Under the pieces are notes generated by a model. That model saw nothing but the letters and a program-made list of their open reading frames with translations, had not been told where the DNA came from and did no database searches. From contig NC_043017.1 of NCBI RefSeq assembly GCF_006345805.1, positions 3,286,001 to 3,350,000 on the forward strand: DNA of 64,000 nucleotides. The letters run 5' to 3'. The position numbers were made by a program, and so were the translations under genes. Shown here in pieces: positions 1 through 14,003 of the stretch. How positions within the stretch are numbered: the first letter of the stretch is position 1; every line of letters begins with the position of its first letter. The DNA comes from Octopus sinensis (Eukaryota).

Positions 1-1370
1 TGTGTGTATGTATGTATGTATGCATGTATTTATGTATGTATGTATGTGTATATGTATGTATATATGTATGTGTGTATGTATGTATGTATGTATGTATGTA
101 TGTATGTATGTATGTATGTATGTATGTGTGTATGTATTTATGTATGTATGTATGTATGTATGTATGTATGTATGTATGTATGTATGTATGCATGTATGTA
201 TGTATGTATGCATGTATGTATGTATGTATGTGTGTATGTATGTATGTATGTATGTATGTATGTACGTACGTATGTATGTATGTATGTATGTATGTATGTA
301 TGTATGTATGTATGTATGTGTGTATGTATTTATGTATGTATGTATGTATGTATGTATGTATGTATGTATGTATGTGTGTATGTATGTATGTATGTATGTA
401 TGTATGTGTGTATGTATTATGTATGTATGTATGTATGTATGTATGTATGTATGTATGTATGTATGCATGTATGTATGTATGTATGCATGTATGTATGTAT
501 GTATGTGTGTGTGTATGTATGTATGTATGTATGTATGTATGTACGTACGTACGTATGTATGTATGTATGTATGTATGTATGTATGTATGTGTGTATGTAT
601 GTATGTATGTATGTATGTATGTATGTAGTATGTATGTGTGTATGTATGTATGTGTGCATGCATGTATGTAGGTATGTATGTATGTATTGTATGTATGTAT
701 GTATGTACGTATGTATGTATGTACGTATGTATGTATGTATGTCTGTATGTATGTATGTTGTATGTAGGTGTGTATGTATGTAGTATGTATGTGATGTATG
801 TATGTATGTATGTATGTGTATGTATGTATTTATGTATGTATGTATGTAATGTATGTATGTATGTATGCATGTATGTATGTATTTATGTATGTATGTATGT
901 GTATGTATATGTATGTATGTAGTATGTATGCATGTATGTATGTATGTATGTATGTATGTATGTATGTATGTATGTATGTATGTATGTATGTATTATGTAT
1001 GTATGTATGTATGTATGCATGTATGTATGTATGTATGTATGTATGTATGTATGTATGTGTGTATGTATGTATGTATGTATGTATGTATGTATGTATGTAT
1101 GTATGTGTGTATGTATGTATGTATGTATGTATGTATATATGTATGTATGTGTGTATGTATGTATGTATGTATTATGTATGTATGTATGTATGTATGTATG
1201 TATGTATGTATGTATGTGTGTATGTATGTATGTATGTATGTATGTATGTATGTATATATGTATGTATGTGTGTATGTATGTATGTATGTATTATGTATGT
1301 ATGTATGTATTATGTATGTATGTATGTATGTATGTATGTATGTATGTATACATGTATGTATGTATGTAAG
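1..1370. repeat. (TATG)n microsatellite array
   Basis: Direct read of the sequence; source of the MYVC/HTYI ORFs. Confidence 0.99.
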
Positions 1371-2117
1371 TGTAGATTTACGTATTTACATCCGTATGTA
1401 TATACGTATTTGTGTGTGCGTGTGTATGTGTCTAAGTATGTGTGTACGTCTGCATGTATGTAAATATGTGCATATATTCAGTTTTATTTCTGCACGAGCG
1501 AATGCACTCTTCCTTTGGACGGCGTAATTTATTATAATGGTGCACTCCTGTGGACGGTTCAAGTTGAATTAAGCCGCAGCTGGAAGTCGTTTCAAGTTAA
1601 TAAGCGTAAAATGTACAACTGCCATTTTCGTTAGCAGTTTATGATTTAGTATTAAGCAACTTAGGTAATGAATAAATTCTTTTGAACACAAATTTGGCAG
1701 TTAGAAATAAATTAAAGTCCTTGAAATAAGATCGCAATTGTAGCAGGCATTAGGAATCCGATATCATACTTGAAGCATTTTGTATCGTGTACTTATTTCT
1801 CTCGTAACGCCTGACACAACCGCATTGAAGCTTTTGTTTCAATGAAAGTCATGTATGATAAAGAAAAGCAAACATTTATTTATAGCAAACACACGAATAG
1901 AATAATGTCATGTACAAAAATAAATGTCAGAGCATGCTTATGAGTAAACAGCGTGCATGAAGTAAGAAGGGTCATTGAAGGTAATGTACTGTTAACAGCA
2001 ATCAGGGACATGAAGCAGAATATCAATAAAATGCTTGCAGAAAGTCTGGTTGCTAACGGCTACAGTTTGGCGTAGATGTGAAGATTGCAGTAGAGGAATA
2101 ACTATTGTAGGGCTGCT

Positions 2118-2470
2118 TTGTAGGCGACATTTTTTGGTTTTGCATTCAGGAGTATAGATGAATAAGTTGTCTGGATGGCCAACTCTGGAGCAACCAACGT
2201 AGAACTGTCTATGTGAAAAGCACGACCTTCTACTTTGCGAATTGTCATGGCTGGAGTAGTCTGTTGGGGTTATGTCTGGTTTTATGTGTTCCATTGTAAG
2301 ATTTGGGTAAACGGCAGAACATAAGTCATCAGGGCTGGAGACAGTGAGGCCAGTGGTGGTAGCGTCAATGTATCCGTTGTCGTAGGACGTAATTTGTTCC
2401 AATGCCTATTTTATGGAGCATTTCCGGAAACTGGGTTGTAGGCTGATCTCATGTATTGCAAACACATACC
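2118..2470 (-). pseudogene. Helitron Rep/helicase (Pif1-like) C-terminal remnant
   Basis: Frameshifted pieces QYMR..F.EMLHKIGIG, SSPDDLCSAVYPN, AMTIRKVEG and CFSHRQFYVGCSRVGHPDNLFIYTPECKTKNVAYKAALQ* match the Helitron helicase C-terminus. Confidence 0.8.
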
Positions 2471-2485
2471 CTTGAAAGTGAAAAC

Positions 2486-2883
2486 TATTCTTTTCTACTC
2501 TAGACACAAGGCCCAAAATTTGGGGGGAGGGGGCCAGTCGATTACATCGACCCCAGTACGTAACTGGTACTTAATTCATCGACCCCGAGGGATGAAAGGC
2601 TAAGTCGACCACGGTGGATTTGGACTCAGAACATCAAGACAGACGAAATACCTATTTCTTTACTACCCACAAGGGGCTAAACACAGTGAGGACAAACAAG
2701 GACTGACAAACGGATTAAGTCGATTACATCGACCCCAGTGCGTAACTGGTACTTATTTAATCGACCCTGAAAGGATGAAAGGCAAAGTCGACCTCGGCAG
2801 AATTTGAACTCAGAACGTAGCGGCAGACGAAATACCGCTAAGCATTTCGCCCGGCGTGCTAACGTTTCTGCCAGCCCGCCGCC
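2486..2883 (-). mobile_element. tRNA-derived SINE family A, head-to-tail dimer
   Basis: Sense head GGCGGCGAGCTGGCAGAA..GAGTTCAAATTCC (A/B-box-like), core GCCTTTCATCCTTTCGGGGTCG, tail AAAGAAATA. Confidence 0.85.
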
Positions 2884-3577
2884 TTAATGTATGTATTACG
2901 TATGCATGTACGTATGTATGTATGTATGTATGTATGTATGTATGTATGTATGTATGTATATGAATGCATGCATTATGTATGTATGGATGGATGGATGGAT
3001 GGATGTTTGTATGTATTTACACATGTATATATGCATGTATGTGTGTCTGTGTGTATCTATGTTTCTATGTATGTATTAATGCATGTATATATAATGCATG
3101 TATATATGCATGCATGTATGTACGTACGTATGCTTGTGTGTGTGTATAAATCGATGCGTGTACATATATGCGAGTGTATGCGTGTGCGTACGCCGAGCGA
3201 AATCGAAAGGAAATCACTATGCGCATATATTTGTATGTATTCATAGCTTATACATAGTTTATGCAAATATGTATAACATATAATTCGTTAGTGTCGTACA
3301 AAATGTCTAAGGTACATTTAGACAACTGATAAAGGTATCTTTGACAGTCCTGAACAAATCGTGTTAGTATTACTTTGTTTTAAGGGTAGATGTGGAGAAT
3401 TATGGCTCCAGACACTGTTAGATTTCATAGACACTAATGATGGGACAATATGACACAAATCCCATAATTAACGAGAAATGAGCGAAGATATGTCATCGTG
3501 GCCCGACTTAATGTTTTACGTTCGCGTGATGGACGACAGTAAGTGATCGTCACATGACATTTCGGATTATATGACAA

Positions 3578-3632
<55 letters not shown>

Positions 3633-3753
3633 TGTGTGTGTATGTGTGTGTGCGTGTGTGTGTGTGTGTAATTGATGGAGAGGCGTGGGGATGGAGTGGT
3701 AGAGAAGAAGAAGAAGAAGAAGAAAAAGAAGGAGGAGGAGGAGGAGGAGGACA

Positions 3754-3787
<34 letters not shown>

Positions 3788-3931
3788 TGATGATGATGAT
3801 TATGATGATGTTGGTGATGATGACGATGATGATGGTGAAGATACTGATGAAGATGATGACGATGAGGAGGATGGTAATGCGGATGATGATGACGATAATA
3901 ATGATAATTATAATAATAATATTAATGCCCT

Positions 3932-4292
3932 GAATGCAGTACCAGGCAGTGGCCCTCATGGCTTCTGATCTTAACTGATTGGAAGTGTTATCATGTACAT
4001 TGTTTTGTCTTGTATAAAAAGATGGGCTACAGCAAATATTCTGCTCAATACCACAGATTTGCTTGTCAGTTGTTTGACCTTAACCATTTGAGGATTCTCT
4101 TTGTGGCTGACAATATGTACATCTCTGATCACGAGCAGAAGTAGTGGGGGAGCATCATAGCCATGTGTTGAGAGGGATTCTTTGGGTTTGAATAATTCAC
4201 CTTGGAAACATGGTTGTTTCGTTCAACATGCTTAAACAATCCTATTCAGGGACCTTTTGAGTGGGATGAGTTACTCGACCAGAAGAAAATTG
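3932..4292 (-). mobile_element. Interspersed repeat with (ATT)n-type tail (second copy about 6684-7046)
   Basis: GC-richer 360-bp block abutting a long AAT/GAT/GAG trinucleotide tract. The interspersed nature is recalled, not demonstrable within the window. Confidence 0.5.
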
Positions 4293-4298
4293 CGCCCG

Positions 4299-4329
<31 letters not shown>

Positions 4330-4459
4330 ATGTATGTATGTATTATGTATGCGTGCATGTTGCGCATATGTATGTATGTATGTACGTGTGTACGTATGCA
4401 TGTGTGTGTACGTATGTGTTCATGTATATTGCGACTGTGTCTGACTGTCTGTCTGCCTA

Positions 4460-5640
4460 TCTGTCTGTCTGTCTGTATGTATGTATGTATGTATGTATGT
4501 ATGTATGTATGCATGCATGTATGTATGTATGTATTATGTATGTATGTATGTATGTATATGTATGTATGTATGCATGCATGTATGTATGTATGTATGCATG
4601 CATGCATGTATGTATGTATGTATGTATGTATGTATGTATGTATGTATGTATGCATGCACGTACGTACGTATGTATGCATGTATGTATGCATGCATGTGTA
4701 TGTATGTATGTATGTATGTATGTATGTATGTATGTACGCATGTATGCATGCATGTATGTATGTACGTACGTACGTACGTACGTATGTATGTATGTATGCA
4801 TGTATGTATGTATGTATGTATGTATGTATGTATGCATGTATGTATGTATGTATGTATGTATGTATGTATGCATGTATGTATGTATGTATATATGCATGTA
4901 TGTATGTATGTATGTATGTATGTATGCATGTATGTATGTATGTATGTATGCATGTATGTATGTATGTATGTATGTATGTATGTATGCATGTATGTATGTA
5001 TGTATGTATGTATGCATGTATGTATGTATGTATGTATGCATGTATGTATGCAAGTATGTAGTATGTATGCATGTATGTATGTATGTATGTATGTATGTGC
5101 CATGTATGTATGTATGTATGTATGCATGTATGTATGTATGTATTATGTATGTATGTATGTATGTATGTATGTATTATGCATGTATGTTATGTATGCATGA
5201 TATGTATGCATGTATGTATGTATGTATGTATGCATGTATGTATGTATGTATGTATGCATGTATTATGTATGTATGTATGTATGTATGTATGTATGTATGT
5301 ATGTATGCATGTATGTATGTATGTATGTATGCATGTATGTGTGTATGTTGTATGCATGTATGTATGTATGTATGTATGTATGTATGTATGTATGTATGTA
5401 TGTAGCATGTATGTATGTATGTATGTATGTATGTATGTATGTATGTATGTATGTATGCATGTATGTATGTATGCATGCATGTATGTATGTATGTATGTAT
5501 GTATGTATGTATGTATGTATGTATGTATGAATGTATGTACGTATGTATGTATGTATGTATGTATGTATGTGTGTATGTATGTATGTATGTATGTATGTAT
5601 GTATGTATGTATGTATGTATGAATGTATGTACGTATGTAT
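4460..5640. repeat. (TATG)n/(CATG) microsatellite array, duplicate copy 1
   Basis: Direct read. Confidence 0.98.
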
Positions 5641-6324
5641 ATGCATATTCGTGTACGTACATAAGTTTGTGTACGAGTACGTTGTACAGAAATTCGTTCC
5701 AGCGTTTACGTCATCATCCTACAATGCACTTATTTCGGTAAACTGAACTGATGCGGATGTGATGCTGATAATGTTTTCTTTTCTCTGCTGGAGTTGTTTC
5801 AGTGTAACAATTTTTCTATGTTTTATGATGTCAATACAGATTTAAAGCCACGCCCTGTCCCACTTCTGAGATTAAAGACAACATTCCCCGCTGGTTTTGG
5901 AATTTTCGGTAATGATTTCTTGCCTCTGTGTACGCATGTTTGTATGTACATATGCTTGGATTGACGCATGCATAAAGTGCATACATGTGCACATGTGTGT
6001 GTGCATGGACATGTTTGTTAATGAAGAGGGGGAGAAATCATGCAGCTCTGATACATTGCATATACAAACATATTTACATACCTACTGGCCTATATACATA
6101 AATGCATATAAGTTTTGCAAGTAGAACTCTAAACTATGTATATATACATATGTATATATGCATATGTATATATACATATGTATATATATACAAATGCGTG
6201 TGTACCCCTGGTGTGTATGTTATCATTAATAATCTGCTGAAGTTGCATAGTAACTCAGGAGCCGACAGTTTCGTGCTCTGGCACTTACCAATATTGTGTA
6301 GAAAAATCTCGGTACTTGAATCAC

Positions 6325-6355
<31 letters not shown>

Positions 6356-6504
6356 CGTGTGTTGTGTGTGTGTGTGTTGTGTATGTTGTGGTGTGTATGG
6401 GTGTGTGTGTGTGGTGTGTGTGTAATTGATGGAGAGGCGTGGGGATGGAGTGGTAGGAAGAGAAGAAAGAGAAAAGAAGAAGGAGGAGGAGGAGGAGGAG
6501 GACA

Positions 6505-6538
<34 letters not shown>

Positions 6539-7052
6539 TGATGATGATGATTATGATGATGTTGGTGATGATGACGATGATGATGGTGAAGATACTGATG
6601 AAGATGATGACGATGAGGAGGATGGTAATGCGGATGATGATGACGATAATAATGATAATTATAATAATAATATTAATGCCCTGATGCAGTACCAGGCAGT
6701 GGCCCTCATGGCTTCTGATCTTAACTGATTGGAAGTGTTATCATGTACATTGTTTTGTCTTGGTATAAAAGATGGGCTACAGCAAATATTCTGCTCAATA
6801 CCACAGATTTGCTTGTCAGTTGTTTGACCTTAACCAGTTGAGGATGTCTCTTTGTGGCTGACAATATGTACATCTCTGATCACGAGCAGAAGTAGTGGGG
6901 GAGCATCATAGCCATGTGTTGAGAGGGATTCTTTGGGGTTTGAATAATTCACCTTTGGAAACATGGGTGTTTCGTTCAACATGCTTAAACAATCCTTATT
7001 CAGGGACCTTTTGAGTGGGATGAGTTACTCGACCAGAAGAAAATTGCGCCCG

Positions 7053-7083
<31 letters not shown>

Positions 7084-7224
7084 ATGTATGTATGTATTAT
7101 GTATGCGTGCATGTTGCGCATATGTATGTATGTATGTACGTGTGTACGTATGCATGTGTGTGTACGTATGTGTTCATGTATATTGCGACTGTGTCTGACT
7201 GTCTGTCTGCCTATCTGTCTGTCT

Positions 7225-8345
7225 GTCTGTATGTATGTATGTATGTATGTATGTATGTATGTATGCATGCATGTATGTATGTATGTATTATGTATGTATG
7301 TATGTAGTATGTATGTATGTATGTATGCATGCATGTATGTATGTATGTATGCATGCATGCATGTATGAGTATGTATGTATGTATGTATGATGTATGTATG
7401 TATGCATGCACGTACGTACGTATGTATGCATGTATGTATGCATGCATGTGTATGTATGTATGTTGATGTATGTATGTATGTATGTACGCATGTATGCATG
7501 CATGTATGTATGTACGTACGTACGTACGTACGTATGTATGTATGTATGCATGTATGTATGTATGTATGTATGTATGTATGTATGCATGTATGTATGTATG
7601 TATGTATGTATGTATGTATGCATGTATGTATTATGTATATATGCATGTATGTATGTAGTATGTATGTAGTATGCATGTATGTAGTATGTATGTATGTATG
7701 TATGTATGTATGTATGTATGTATGTGCATGTATGTATGTATGTATGTGTATGCATGTATGTATGTATGTATGTATGATGTATGTATGCAAGTATGTATGT
7801 ATGTATGCATGATGTATGCAGTATGTATGTATGTATGTATGTATGTATGTATGTATGTATGCATGTATGTATGTATGTAGTATGTATGTATGTATGATGT
7901 ATGTATGTATGTATGCATGTATGTATGTATGTATGCATGTATGCATGTATGTATGTATGTATTATGCTGTATGTATGTATGTATGTATGCATGTATGTGT
8001 ATGTATGTATGTATGTATGTATGTATGTATGTATGTATGCATGTATGTATGTATGTATGCATGTATGTATGTATGTATGTATGCATGTATGTATGTATGT
8101 ATGTATGTATGTATGTATGTATGTATGTATGATGTATGTATGTATGTAGTATGTATGTATGTATGTATTAGTATGTATGCATGTATGTATGTATGCATGC
8201 ATGTATGTATGTATGTATGTATGTATGTATGTATGTATGTATGTATGATGTATGTAGTATGTATGTATGTATGTATGTATGTATGTGTGTATGTATGTAT
8301 GTATGTATGTATGTATGTATGTATGTATGTATGTATGAAGTATGT
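7225..8345. repeat. (TATG)n/(CATG) microsatellite array, duplicate copy 2
   Basis: Direct read; many 1-nt interruptions. Confidence 0.98.
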
Positions 8346-9070
8346 ACGATGTATATGCATATTCGTGTACGTACATAAGTTTGTGTACGAGTACGTTGTA
8401 CAGAAATTCGTTCCAGCGTTTACGTCATCCTACAGATGCACTTATTTCGGTAAACTGAACTGATGCGGATGTGATGCTGATAATGTTTTCTTTTCTCTGC
8501 TGGAGTTGTTTCAGTGTAACAATTTTTCTATGTTCTTATGATGTCAATACAGATTTAAAGCCACGCCCTGTCCCACTTCTTGAGATTAAAGACAACATTC
8601 CCCGCTGGTTTTGGAATTTTCGGTAACTGATTTCTTGCCTCTGTGTACGCATGTTTGTATGTACATATGCTTGGATTGACGCATGCATAAAGTGCATACA
8701 TGTGCACATGTGTGTGCGCATGGACATGTTTGTTAATGAAGAGGGGGAGAAATCATGCAGCTCTGATACATTGCATATACAAACATATTTACATACCTAC
8801 TGGCCTATATACATAAATGCATATAAGTTTTGCAAGTAGAACTCTAAACTTATGTATATATAACATATGTATATATGCATATGTATATATACATATGTAT
8901 ATATATACAAATGCGTGTGTACCCCTGTGTGTGTATGTTATCATTAATAATCTGCTGAAGTTGCATAGTAACTCAGGAGCCGACAGTTTCGTGCTCTGGC
9001 ACTTACCAATATTGTGTAGAAAAATCTCGGTACTTGAATCACTATATATTATATATATATATATGTGTGT

Positions 9071-9114
<44 letters not shown>

Positions 9115-9139
9115 TGTGTATATAAATATATATATATAT

Positions 9140-9205
9140 GAGTGGATTTGGTAGACGGAAACTGAAAGAAACTCGTCGTATATATATATATATATATTAT
9201 ATATA

Positions 9206-9253
<48 letters not shown>

Positions 9254-9495
9254 GTTTGAATGTATATATGTATGTATGTTTGTGTGTGTGTCTCCCAGCA
9301 TCGCTTGACAACCGATGCTGGTGTGTTTACGTCCCCGTAACTTAGCGCTTTGGCAAAAGAGACCGACAGAATAAGTACTAGGCTTAGAAAGAATAAGTCC
9401 TGGGGTCAATTTGCTCAACCCCATGACTTATTTTGACTGCAGCCATGCTAGAGCATGGCTGCAGTCAAAATTACTGTAGCAAGTAAAAGAATAAA
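9140..9495 (+). mobile_element. 5'-truncated SINE family B
   Basis: Starts at GAGTGGATTTGGTAGACGG. Confidence 0.8.
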
Positions 9496-9529
9496 AATTA
9501 CGATAGGGACACCCAAGAACTAAGCCGAA

Positions 9530-10020
9530 ATGGATCCAGCTAAGAGATGCTCAAAAACGAAAACTAGCAAAGACGAAACTGGAGACTTTGGAATTAGATC
9601 GCAAGACTGCAAAGTTGACAAATTTCTTCACAAAAGATGCACAACATCAACATGACGATGATGCACAGATTCCGGGTCAAAGTCAGTCTCCGTCTTCAGA
9701 AGTCAGCACAAATATGGCAAACACCTCTTTAATCAGTCCAGAACAAAATTATGAGAACATTGAAATCGCCGAGGTATCACAAGCTTCTTCATCTAACTCA
9801 AGAAGTCTCGTAACTAATCTGAGTCATTTCGTTTTTCCCCGTAAATTGTGATGATACTGTTACTTCTACGACAAATGAAATGATTCATTCCGTAAAACAT
9901 TGCAATTTGTCTGAAGATCTAGGGTTGGAATTTGATTTTTCTACTAATAATGTCGCTTACTGGATCACTTGTGGATCCAGTAACTGTCAACACTACAATG
10001 AGCCATTTTATCAGTCTTAT
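9530..10020 (+). pseudogene. hAT-type transposase 5' remnant (ZMYM1-like N-terminus)
   Basis: DAQKRKLAKTK...KLTNFF basic N-terminus, then SEDLG...VAYWITCGSSNCQHYNEPF after a stop. The pattern was recognised from memory. Confidence 0.5.
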
Positions 10021-10256
10021 CTGTTTCTTTATTGTCCACAAGGGGCTAAACACAGAAGGGGACAAACAAGGACAGACAAAGGGATTAAGTCGATTACATC
10101 GACCCCAGTGCGTAACTGGTAATTAATTTATCGACCCCAAAAGGATGAAAGGCAAAGTCGACCTCGGTGGAATTTGAACTCAGAACGTAGCGGCAAACGA
10201 AATACTGCTAAACATTTCGCCCTGCATGCTAATGCTTCTGCCAGCTCGCCGCCTTA

Positions 10257-10293
<37 letters not shown>

Positions 10294-10463
10294 TTCTTTA
10301 TTGCCCACAAGGGGCTAAACATAGAGGGGTACTTAATTTATCGACCCTGAAAGGATGAAAGGCAAAGTCGACCTCGGCGGAATTTGAACTCAGAACGTAG
10401 CGGCAGACGAAATACGGCTACGCATTTCGCCCGGCGTGCTAACGTTTCTGCCAGCTCGCCGCC
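10021..10463 (-). mobile_element. Two SINE family A copies (10021-10253, 10293-10463)
   Basis: Same consensus as 2486-2883. Confidence 0.85.
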
Positions 10464-10752
10464 ATTTTATAAGTCTTATCGTCACTTTACTAGCAGGAAA
10501 CAAGGTACTGTTGACATACTTGTGTATGTGTGTGTCCCATCACCGCTTGGCAACCGATGTTGTTGTGCTTACGCATCCGATATATTAGCGATTCAGCAAA
10601 ACAGGGCCAGTAGAGTAAGTACCAGGATTAAAGCCAATAATAGGTACTGGATGTGGGTGTGTCGATTGTAAAAATTCTTCACGGCAATGCCCCAGCATGG
10701 CCGCAGTCCAATGACTTCAAACAAGAATAAGAGAAAAAGATAAAAGGGAAAA

Positions 10753-11022
10753 GATAAAAGGATGTTGAAGCGGCTTTGATGAAGGTGCAATTAGCTGTTT
10801 GCACTTCTGGATGCAACGTAAAACATTTATGCATGCTGGCTCCTGCCACGGAGCAACGAGTTTAACAGCAAAACACCCAGGTTCAGATCAAAGAAGCAGT
10901 CACGGTCAGTGAATATTGCTTGGATGAATTTCAGAATAGCGTCATCTCGAAAGTATTAAAACCTGCTGACGTCATCGTTCTCAGACGAATAAACAGGTTG
11001 TATTTGCTCACTCCATATTTTA
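10753..11022. repeat. Non-coding module copy 1 (CRE TGACGTCA at 10967-74)
   Basis: Alignable by eye to 11761-12035 and 13246-13520. Confidence 0.85.
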
Positions 11023-11059
11023 TGTGTGTGAGTGTATGTATGTATGTATGTATGTATGT

Positions 11060-11223
11060 AGGCGCAGGTGTGGCCGCGTGGTAAGTAGCTTGCTTACGAA
11101 CCACATGGTTCCGGGTTCAGTCCCACTGCGTGGCACCTTGGGCAAGTGTCTTCTTCTATAGCCTCGGGCCGACCAAAGCCTTGTGAGTGGATTTGGTAGA
11201 CGGAAACTGGAACACGCCTCTCG

Positions 11224-11263
<40 letters not shown>

Positions 11264-11321
11264 ATATGTATATATGTGTGTGTGTATATATGTACGTATA
11301 TATATGTCTGTGAGTATATAT

Positions 11322-11357
<36 letters not shown>

Positions 11358-11458
11358 CATATGTATATATTTATGTATATATATGTATAGGCATATATAT
11401 GTGTGTGGTGTATATATATATAGGTATATATATATTCATGTGTGTATATATGTATGAA

Positions 11459-11539
<81 letters not shown>

Positions 11540-12237
11540 CTGTCCCTAACCATCGCTTGATAATAGATGTTGGTGTGTTTACGCCTCCGTAGCCTTAGCG
11601 ATTCGGCAAAACAGGACCGATAGAGTAAGTACAAAGTTTAAACCAATAATAGGCACCAAGTGTGCCGATTGAAAATTCCTCAAGGCAGTGCTTCAGCATG
11701 GCCGCAGTTTAATGACTGTAAACAAGAAAAAGAGAAAAAGAGAAAAAGAGAGAAGATGAAAGAAAGAATGTTGCAGCAGTTTCGTTAAAGGTGCAAACAG
11801 CTGTTAAGAGTTAAGTGTTCTGGATGCAACTCAAGAGATTTACAAAACCCGGCTCCTGCCACAGAGAGCAACGGGTTTAACAACACAGCACCCAGGCTCA
11901 TATCAAAGAAGCAGTCACGGTAAACGAATACGGAATTACAAACGGTTGGATGAGTTTCAAAATAGACGTCCTCTCGAACCTGCTGACGTCATCGTTTCCT
12001 GACGAATAAACAGGTATGGCTTGTATACGCCGTAGTTTTCTGTGTGTGTGAATGCATGTATGTATGGATGAATGGATGAATGAATGAATGTATTCCCAAC
12101 CATATGGCTCCGGGTTCAATCCCACTGCGTGGCACCTAGAACAAGTGTCTTCTACAATAGCCTCGGGCCGACCAAAGCCTTGTGAGTGAATTTGGTAGAA
12201 GGAAACTTAAAGAAGCTCGTTGTGTGTGTATGTGTGT

Positions 12238-12293
<56 letters not shown>

Positions 12294-12940
12294 CTGTGTG
12301 TGTCTGTCTGTTTTTGTCTCCTCCCCATTAGCATTTAACAACCGTTGCTGGTGTGTTCACGTCCCCGTAACTTAGCGGTTCGGCAAAACATGCAGATAGA
12401 ATTAGTACTTGGCTTTGAAAATAAGTTCTGTGGTCCATTTGTTCGACTAACATCCTTCAAAGTGGTGTTCTAGCATGGCCGCAGTCAACTGACTGAAACA
12501 AGTTAAAGAAGTAGCTTGCTTACGAACTACATGGTTCCAGGTTCAGTCCCACTGTGTGGCACCTTGGGCAAGTGTCTTCTACTATTGCCTTGGGCTGACC
12601 AAAGCCTTGTGAGTGGATTTGGTAGACGGAAACTGAAAGAAGCCCGTCGTATATATGCATGTATATATATTTATTTATTTATGTGCGTGTGTGTGTGTGC
12701 GTGTGTGCGTGCGTGTATGTGTGTGTGTGTGTATGTTTGTGTGTCTGTGTTTGTCCCCCAACATCGCTTCAGAACTGATGCTGGTGTGTTTACGTCCCCG
12801 TAACTTAGCGGTTCGTCAAAAGAGACCGATAGAATCAGTACTAGGCTTACAAAGAATAAGTCCTGGGGTCAATTTGCTCCACTTTAGGCGGTGCTCCAGC
12901 ATGGCCACAGCCACATGACTGAAACAAGTAAAAGAGTAAA
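11060..12940 (+). mobile_element. Cluster of tRNA-derived SINE family B copies (about 11060-11750, 12095-12510, 12511-12940) with internal (TA)n(TG)n
   Basis: Head GGCGCAGG.GTGGCTGTGTGG..GGTTCAGTCCC, CORE-like ACCTTGGGCAAGTG, tail GCGGTGCTCCAGCATGGCC..GAAACAAGTAAAAGA. Confidence 0.85.
11761..12035. repeat. Non-coding module copy 2 (CRE at 11984-91)
   Basis: Shares AACCTGCTGACGTCATCGT, CACCCAGG and AATAAACAGGT with copies 1 and 3. Confidence 0.85.
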
Positions 12941-13245
12941 AGAATATATATATATATATAAGCAAAAGTCGGAAAAATCAAGGATGAGTCATATGTGTGT
13001 GACACACACTTGTGTACTGTGTACATGTGTATGTGTGTGTGTGTGTGTGTGTTTCCTTCACACCTGCTCGACATCCGATGGTGTGTTTATGATTCGGCGA
13101 AAGAGGGCCGATAGAGGAAGTACTAGGGTAAGAACAATAATAAGCACTGGGTGTCGATTGAAAATTCTTCAAGGCAGTGCCCCCAGCATGGCCACACTGT
13201 AAACAAGTGTAAAGAAGAAAAAAGAAAATATAAAAAAAAAGAGAA

Positions 13246-13520
13246 GATAAAAGAATGTTACAGCGGCTTTGATAACGGTGCAGTCAGCTGTTAACAGGTT
13301 AATTAGGTGTTCCAGATACAACATAAGACACTCATGCAGCGCAACGGGTTTAGCAAAGCACCCAGGTTCATATCAATGACGCAATCACAAATAAGCGAAT
13401 ACAGGATTAGGAACTTTAAGATGAATTTCAGAATAGCGTCATCTCAAGGGTATTAAAACCTGCTGACGTCATCGTCATCAAGTAAATAAACAGGTTTCGT
13501 TTGTATACTCCATATTTTGT
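13246..13520. repeat. Non-coding module copy 3 (CRE at 13464-71)
   Basis: As for copies 1 and 2. Confidence 0.85.
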
Positions 13521-13790
13521 GTCAATGTTTGTGTGTGTTTATATATATATATGAGTGGATTATATAGTATGTATGTCATTCAATGTTCAGTTTTATTTCA
13601 TGATTTCTTGCCAATAGAGAAAGAGCCGGTTTCTAACCTAGAAAAAAAAGCGTCTTCATTGAAATTTCAACATCAACAACAGAGTACTTCTGTTTGTATG
13701 TATGTATGTATATATGTATGTATGTATGTGTGTATGTATGTATGTATGTATGTATGTATGTATGTATGTATGTATGTATTATGTACATAT

Positions 13791-14003
13791 TTCACTACTG
13801 CCCACAAGGGGCTAAACACAGAGGGGACAAACGGATTATGTCGATTACATCGACCCCAGGGCGTAACTGGTACTTAATTTATCGACCCCGAAAGGATGAA
13901 AGGCAAAGTCGACCTCGGCGGAATTTGAACTCAGAACGTAACGGCAGACGAAATGCGGCTACGCATTTCGCCCGGCGTGCTAACGAGTCTCCCAGCTCGC
14001 CGC
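13791..14003 (-). mobile_element. SINE family A copy
   Basis: Same consensus. Confidence 0.85.

Larger units (their letters stand above)
3580..9120 (+). repeat. Tandem direct duplication of a ~2.75-kb unit (about 3580-6345 and 6346-9120)
   Basis: Anchor AATTGATGGAGAGGCGTGGGG at 3670 and 6424; the unique segments 5630-6330 and 8340-9050 are near-identical; junctions fall in (TA)n/(TG)n tracts. Confidence 0.95.

Noticed and set aside
3672-3968. Poly-K/E/N/D acidic ORF (duplicate at 6426-6728)
   Set aside because: It is a compound trinucleotide microsatellite, and the frame after the tract differs between the two copies.
1-8460. Dozens of long MYVC/HTYI-repeat ORFs
   Set aside because: They are translations of stop-free (TATG)n microsatellite, open in several frames on both strands, with no splice or homology support.
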